From Aliivibrio fischeri ES114 (GTDB lineage Bacteria > Pseudomonadota > Gammaproteobacteria > Enterobacterales > Vibrionaceae): DNA of 32,000 nucleotides. The notes beneath the pieces were generated by a model. That model was not told the origin of the DNA and ran no database searches. It worked only from the letters and a program-made list of their open reading frames with translations. A program made the position numbers and the translations under genes. Location of the stretch: assembly GCF_000011805.1 (NCBI RefSeq), contig NC_006840.2; one strand, given 5' to 3'. Shown piece by piece: positions 27,444 to 32,000 of this stretch (positions are counted from its first letter, which is position 1; every line of letters begins with the position of its first letter).

Positions 27444-28355
27444 TTAGTCTTTAATATTCAAGAATGCTGCACCACGCACACCACCAGAATCACCGTGCTT
27501 CGCTTTAATAATACGAGGAACGCGACCTACTGATAATAAATGTTTTGGTAAACGCTTTGGTAGCTCTTCGTAAATCAACTCAAAGTTAGATAAACCACCA
27601 CCAAGAGCGACAACGTGTGGGTCAAAACAAGTAAATAAATTAGCGAAACAGATTGCTAAGAGCTCCATGAAACGATCAACATGTTCTACTGCATTCGCAT
27701 CACCTTCAGCATGAGCTTTAATAATATCAATCGCTTTCTTTTGCTCACCATAGTAATGCGCGTAAAGCAGCTCAAAGCCACGTCCAGAAAGGTAGTTATC
27801 AATACAGCCTTTGTTACCACAGCCACATTCAAGTAATGGTGCGTTTTCACCTAAATGAAACCATGCATCAATAGGTAAACGTGAATGACCTAATTCACCA
27901 GCAACATGGCTGTAACCCGAGAAGGCCTTACCATCAAAAATTAAACCACCACCAAAACCAGTCCCTAGAATTAATCCCATCACTGATGGTGAATCTTTTA
28001 ACTCTTCATCCCATGCTTCTGATAATGCAAAACAGTTAGCATCGTTATCAATTTTTACTGAACGACCAATTTTTGCTTCTAAATCTTTACGTAAAAATTG
28101 CCCTTTTGCAGCCGGAACATTACTTGTTAATAAAGCACCAGTTTCAGCATCTTCCATTCCCGGAATACCTAAACCGACTTTACCTTCAACGCCAAACTCT
28201 GCATCATACTTTGCAATCAATGATGCAATATCATCAACTAATAACGAGTAATTTTCAGTTTGTGTTGGAATTCGCTCAGTTGCGACACGCTCAAGTTTTT
28301 CATTAAACGCACCAAACTCAATCTTGGTTCCACCCACATCAAAACCGTAGTACAT
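27444..28355 (-). CDS. nagK: N-acetylglucosamine kinase, ROK family
   Basis: [63 protein letters not shown]; strongly NagK-like. Confidence 0.9.
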   Translation of the reverse strand: MYYGFDVGGTKIEFGAFNEKLERVATERIPTQTENYSLLVDDIASLIAKYDAEFGVEGKVGLGIPGMEDAETGALLTSNVPAAKGQFLRKDLEAKIGRSVKIDNDANCFALSEAWDEELKDSPSVMGLILGTGFGGGLIFDGKAFSGYSHVAGELGHSRLPIDAWFHLGENAPLLECGCGNKGCIDNYLSGRGFELLYAHYYGEQKKAIDIIKAHAEGDANAVEHVDRFMELLAICFANLFTCFDPHVVALGGGLSNFELIYEELPKRLPKHLLSVGRVPRIIKAKHGDSGGVRGAAFLNIKD

Positions 28356-28480
28356 AAGGTATCCTTGTCCTAATCTATTCTAAATTTTTATGGTGTTATC
28401 TTACCTAATTTTTAGCTATACAGACTGTGACCTATCCGATATTCATCGGTTTTTAGTGTGAATTGAACCTCAAACTGGTA

Positions 28481-29224
28481 TTAGATTTCGTTATTTACTT
28501 TCAGATTTGTACGAAATTCAATCAAACGTTTTAACCCCATACCTCGTTCTGCACCTTTTACTGGTCGCTTACTATAAAGGTAATGCTCTCGGAACAATTC
28601 AAACCAGTGCTCTAAATGTCTTGCGTTCTGTTGTTCACCAAACAGATCAAGTACCAAGCTAGCAACTTCTGCAGTAGCAAGTTGATGATCTTTTGAAGCT
28701 TTACGCATAATGTAATTAGAAAGCTGCTCACTCTTAAAAGAAAGAACGGGTAACTGATGTAAATATGGGCTTTTACGATACATTCTTCCTGCTTCACGCC
28801 AACTACCGTCTAATAAGATAAATAGTGGTGTTTTCCCTTCTTCCATAATCACTTCGTTACGCACTAATGACTTATCTTCAATTTGCTCTTCTGGGAAAAC
28901 CACAAAAGGCTGATAAGCTTCATTATTTAGCAATGCTAACATTTCTTCACTTGGCTCAGTACGCGACCAAAGATAGGCGTGCGTTTCTGGGATCACATCA
29001 GCAATCAATTTGCCTGTATTACTTGGTTTTAATACCTCTGTATCAAACATAATAAGTAAGAAAGCAGCATCTGATGTGGTTTCTGGTTGATATTCACAGA
29101 TACAGTGGTCTTTATGAACTTGGCAAAATTCACAGCGATTCACATTCGCCCCTCTTGCATTAAAAGGTTTAGAAGAACGAGCTAATCTTTCTTTATGTAA
29201 CTGGTGAACTTTATGAATGCGCAT
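28481..29224 (-). CDS. DTW-domain protein (tRNA-uridine aminocarboxypropyltransferase family)
   Basis: FCQVHKDHCICEYQP, LLIMFDTEVLKPSNTGKLI, FILLDGSWREAGRMYRKSPYL (DGSW/DTW-type motif), KDHQLATAEV. Start placed at MRIHKVHQLHKERLA. Confidence 0.85.
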   Translation of the reverse strand: MRIHKVHQLHKERLARSSKPFNARGANVNRCEFCQVHKDHCICEYQPETTSDAAFLLIMFDTEVLKPSNTGKLIADVIPETHAYLWSRTEPSEEMLALLNNEAYQPFVVFPEEQIEDKSLVRNEVIMEEGKTPLFILLDGSWREAGRMYRKSPYLHQLPVLSFKSEQLSNYIMRKASKDHQLATAEVASLVLDLFGEQQNARHLEHWFELFREHYLYSKRPVKGAERGMGLKRLIEFRTNLKVNNEI

Positions 29225-29315
29225 GAACAACAACCAAGCAATTTTATTTATATGGAAAAAAAAGCGCATTTTACTTACAGTATGAGTAATAACAAGTTCT
29301 AAAGAGAAATTCCTA

Positions 29316-30119
29316 ATGGAAAATAATTGGATTGAATACAGTGACACGTTACGTTTTGGATTTTTTGTTACTGCTTTCATCATTTTTGCTTTGGCTGAAT
29401 ACAAATGGCCTCGTAAAGCACTCACTCAAAATAAACAGTTCCGTTGGTTAAACAATATAGGCTTAATTTTTTTCAACAGTATCGTCCTTCGTTTAACCTT
29501 ACCGTTATTAGCCGTTGATGCTGCTCTTATCGCAAATCAGGAACAATTTGGTTTATTTAATTACCTCAATACGCCTACTTTCTTAACGATTCTCTTATCC
29601 ATTTTATTATTGGATTGGCTGATTTATTGGCAACACCGAGCGTTTCACCGCATTCCTTTACTGTGGCGATTACATCGTATGCATCACTCAGATCAAGATA
29701 TTGATGTCACAACAGGTACACGCTTTCATCCCATTGAAATTATTCTCTCTATGTTGATTAAAATCGCAGCGATAGGATTACTTGGTATTCCAGTTGAAGC
29801 CGTCATTATTTTTGAAATCATTTTGAATGTCAGCGCGATGTTTAATCACAGTAATTTATTTATCCCACGTACACTTGATCGATACATTCGAGGCTTATTA
29901 GTAACTCCTGATTTTCATAGAGTGCACCACTCTGTTCACATCTCTGAAATGCATAATAATTATGGTTTCTTTTTATCTATTTGGGACCGAATTGGAAATA
30001 CTTATTTAGTAAAGCCCATTGATGGTCATGAGGATATGAAGATTGGATTGGGATTTTTCAGAAAAGAAAGAGAACAGCGCTTAGATAAAATGCTGACCCA
30101 ACCCTTTAGAAAGAAATAA
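29316..30119 (+). CDS. Sterol desaturase / fatty acid hydroxylase superfamily membrane protein
   Basis: His clusters HRAFHRIP, HRMHHSD, HRVHHSV. Confidence 0.88.
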   Translation: MENNWIEYSDTLRFGFFVTAFIIFALAEYKWPRKALTQNKQFRWLNNIGLIFFNSIVLRLTLPLLAVDAALIANQEQFGLFNYLNTPTFLTILLSILLLDWLIYWQHRAFHRIPLLWRLHRMHHSDQDIDVTTGTRFHPIEIILSMLIKIAAIGLLGIPVEAVIIFEIILNVSAMFNHSNLFIPRTLDRYIRGLLVTPDFHRVHHSVHISEMHNNYGFFLSIWDRIGNTYLVKPIDGHEDMKIGLGFFRKEREQRLDKMLTQPFRKK

Positions 30120-30121
30120 AC

Positions 30122-30152
30122 AAAAAAAGGCGATCCGAAGATCGCCTTTTTT
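30122..30152. terminator. Bidirectional terminator
   Basis: AAAAAAAGGCGATC-CGAA-GATCGCCTTTTTT between convergent genes. Confidence 0.88.
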
Positions 30153-30192
30153 ATTTATAGATTATGTATTTCTAGCTAAATTTCTATATTGA

Positions 30193-31785
30193 TTATGGTG
30201 TATAGAACGTAGCTGCACCAGGACCAACTGGTAGACCAAATACAAATACCCACACGTAAAACAGAACACTCCAACCAAACATAAAGCAGATTGAATAAGG
30301 CAGCATAGTTGCAATCAGAGTACCGATACCTAGATTCTTCATGTAACGTGTTGCTACAGCAAGAATAAGACCGAAGTAGCTCATCATTGGTGTAATGATG
30401 TTCGTTGTTGAATCACCAATACGGTATGCAGCTTGAATTGTTTCAGGTGCATAACCTACTAGCATTAGCATTGGAACAAAGATTGGTGCGGTTACTGCCC
30501 ATTGTGCAGACGCTGAACCGATCATTAAGTTAATGAAGCCACACATTAGGATGAATGCGAAGAATAACATAGGACCAGTAAGACCTACGTCTTGTAGGAA
30601 GCTCGCCCCACCAACCGCAATCACTTGACCAAAGTTAGTCCACTTAAAGAAAGCAACAAACTGTGCAGCAAAGAATACAAGAACAATGTACATACCCATT
30701 GACGACATTGATGTAGCCATTGCATTGATGACATCACGATCATTCTTCATTGAACCAGTCACTTTACCGTAAACAAAGCCTGGAATAGCAAAGAATACAA
30801 AAATAAAGGCAACGATACTCTTAAGGAATGGTGAACCAGCGACGGTACCAGTAGCTGAACGTAAAACACCATCTTCAGGAACAATTGTCCATGCAAGTAA
30901 TGCACTCACGACTAGAACAGCTATACCAGCTAATTTAAGACCTTTCTTTTCAACATCCGTAAGTTTACCCATCGAATCATTAGACAGATCTTCAGATGCT
31001 TCTTCATCATTGTATTTACCCAGTTTCGGCTCAACAATTTTCTCTGTTACAAATGCACCAGTGATAGCAATAAAGAAAGTAGAAACAAACATAAAGTACC
31101 AGTTTGCTTCAGGACCAACAGTATAAGTTGGGTCAATCATTTGCGCTGCAGTTTCAGTGATACCAGAAAGCAGTGGATCAACCGTACCAATAAGAAGGTT
31201 TGCAGAATAACCACCAGATACACCCGCAAACGCAGCAGCAAGACCAGCTAATGGGTGACGGCCCAATGAGTGGAAAAGCATAGCAGCAAGAGGAATAAGT
31301 ACAACATAACCAAGCTCTGATGCAGTATTTGAAATAATACCAGCAAAAACAACGGTTACAGTAACCATACGCTTAGACGCACCCATTACCATGCCACGCA
31401 TTGCCGCAGATAATAGGCCTGAATGTTCTGCAATAGCAACACCAAGCATCGCTACAAGTACGGTACCTAATGGAGCAAAACCAACAAAGTTTTTCACTAA
31501 GTTAGTTACGATCAATTGTAAACCTTCTGCATTAAACAAGCTTACAACATGGATCATCCCATCAGCGGCACGTCCTTTCGCTCCTTCTGGGCGAGGGTCC
31601 ATAACTGATAGCTCAAAATAACCTGCGATACCGGATAAAACGAGAATAGCCACACAAAAGATTGCGAAAAGAGTAATTGGGTGTGGTAGTAAGTTTCCTA
31701 GGTATTCAACAGAATCAAGAAAGCGAGTAAATAAAGGCCTTTTAGGCTGTTGTTGGTTTTGTTGTTGTGATGCAGACGAACTCAT
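30193..31785 (-). CDS. AbgT family transporter (p-aminobenzoyl-glutamate-type)
   Basis: FLDSVEYLGNLLPHPITLF, AGVSGGYSANLLIGTVDPLLSGITETAA, IGDSTTNIITPMMSYFG. Confidence 0.9.
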   Translation of the reverse strand: MSSSASQQQNQQQPKRPLFTRFLDSVEYLGNLLPHPITLFAIFCVAILVLSGIAGYFELSVMDPRPEGAKGRAADGMIHVVSLFNAEGLQLIVTNLVKNFVGFAPLGTVLVAMLGVAIAEHSGLLSAAMRGMVMGASKRMVTVTVVFAGIISNTASELGYVVLIPLAAMLFHSLGRHPLAGLAAAFAGVSGGYSANLLIGTVDPLLSGITETAAQMIDPTYTVGPEANWYFMFVSTFFIAITGAFVTEKIVEPKLGKYNDEEASEDLSNDSMGKLTDVEKKGLKLAGIAVLVVSALLAWTIVPEDGVLRSATGTVAGSPFLKSIVAFIFVFFAIPGFVYGKVTGSMKNDRDVINAMATSMSSMGMYIVLVFFAAQFVAFFKWTNFGQVIAVGGASFLQDVGLTGPMLFFAFILMCGFINLMIGSASAQWAVTAPIFVPMLMLVGYAPETIQAAYRIGDSTTNIITPMMSYFGLILAVATRYMKNLGIGTLIATMLPYSICFMFGWSVLFYVWVFVFGLPVGPGAATFYTP

Positions 31786-32000
31786 CTGTAACTCCTTGTT
31801 TTTGACCTACCTTAAATAAATCATATTAAACGTTAGAAACAATGAACAATATTGTGTGATTTAGTTAAAAGTAAGTACATCCAAAATTCACAGAAAGGTT
31901 ACTTGATTGTTACAATCATTAAAAGAGCAAAATGTCACAAAGTATTTCAAATGTAGTTAATTTGACCAGTTTAACATCACAAAACAAAACTTTTGATTAA

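Noticed and set aside
29225-29425. N-terminal 67-codon extension of the DTW-domain ORF
   Set aside because: Extends back over the start of the divergent fatty-acid-hydroxylase-family gene; family-like sequence begins at MRIHKVHQLHKERLA.
31932-32000. 22-codon ORF MSQSISNVVNLTSLTSQNKTFD at the window end
   Set aside because: Too short, no convincing Shine-Dalgarno and no recognised homology; probably upstream spacer.
1-32000. Search by eye for CRISPR arrays, retrons/reverse transcriptases, toxin-antitoxin pairs, phage or transposase genes
   Set aside because: No regularly spaced direct repeats, no RT, nuclease, transposase or integrase motifs seen. A defence-type system is not supported here, and degenerate remnants cannot be excluded without a database search.

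Overview
This 32 kb chromosomal window has Vibrionaceae-like (Aliivibrio/Vibrio-type) gene content, a taxonomic guess from gene content and base composition only. It is mostly housekeeping and metabolic genes. No tRNA, rRNA, CRISPR array, prophage or intact IS was recognised. Clear blocks are: (i) an RlhA-like U32 protein, a GST-like protein, several GNAT acetyltransferases, a rhodanese-type sulfurtransferase and a YeeZ-like epimerase; (ii) a secreted GH19 chitinase with two tandem C-terminal chitin-binding modules; (iii) a BCCT transporter; (iv) a PepSY protein plus a two-component system, convergent with a DedA/LssY_C protein and a GT2 glycosyltransferase; (v) a sensor kinase and sigma54-type response regulator divergent from tupABC-mobA-mobB/moeA (tungstate/molybdate uptake and Mo cofactor maturation); (vi) SEC-C protein, nagK, DTW protein, fatty-acid-hydroxylase-family protein and AbgT transporter. 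The two strongest second-look items come from reading between the ORFs. First, an unlisted small gene (about 4424..4641, minus) is split by a -1 frame change exactly at a U_UUU_UUG run, so it is either an indel/assembly error or a frameshift signal. Second, a strong GG-N10-GC sigma54-type promoter and repeated GACA-TTT-TGTC-like boxes lie between the sigma54 regulator and tupA, suggesting a dedicated control circuit for tungstate/molybdate uptake.
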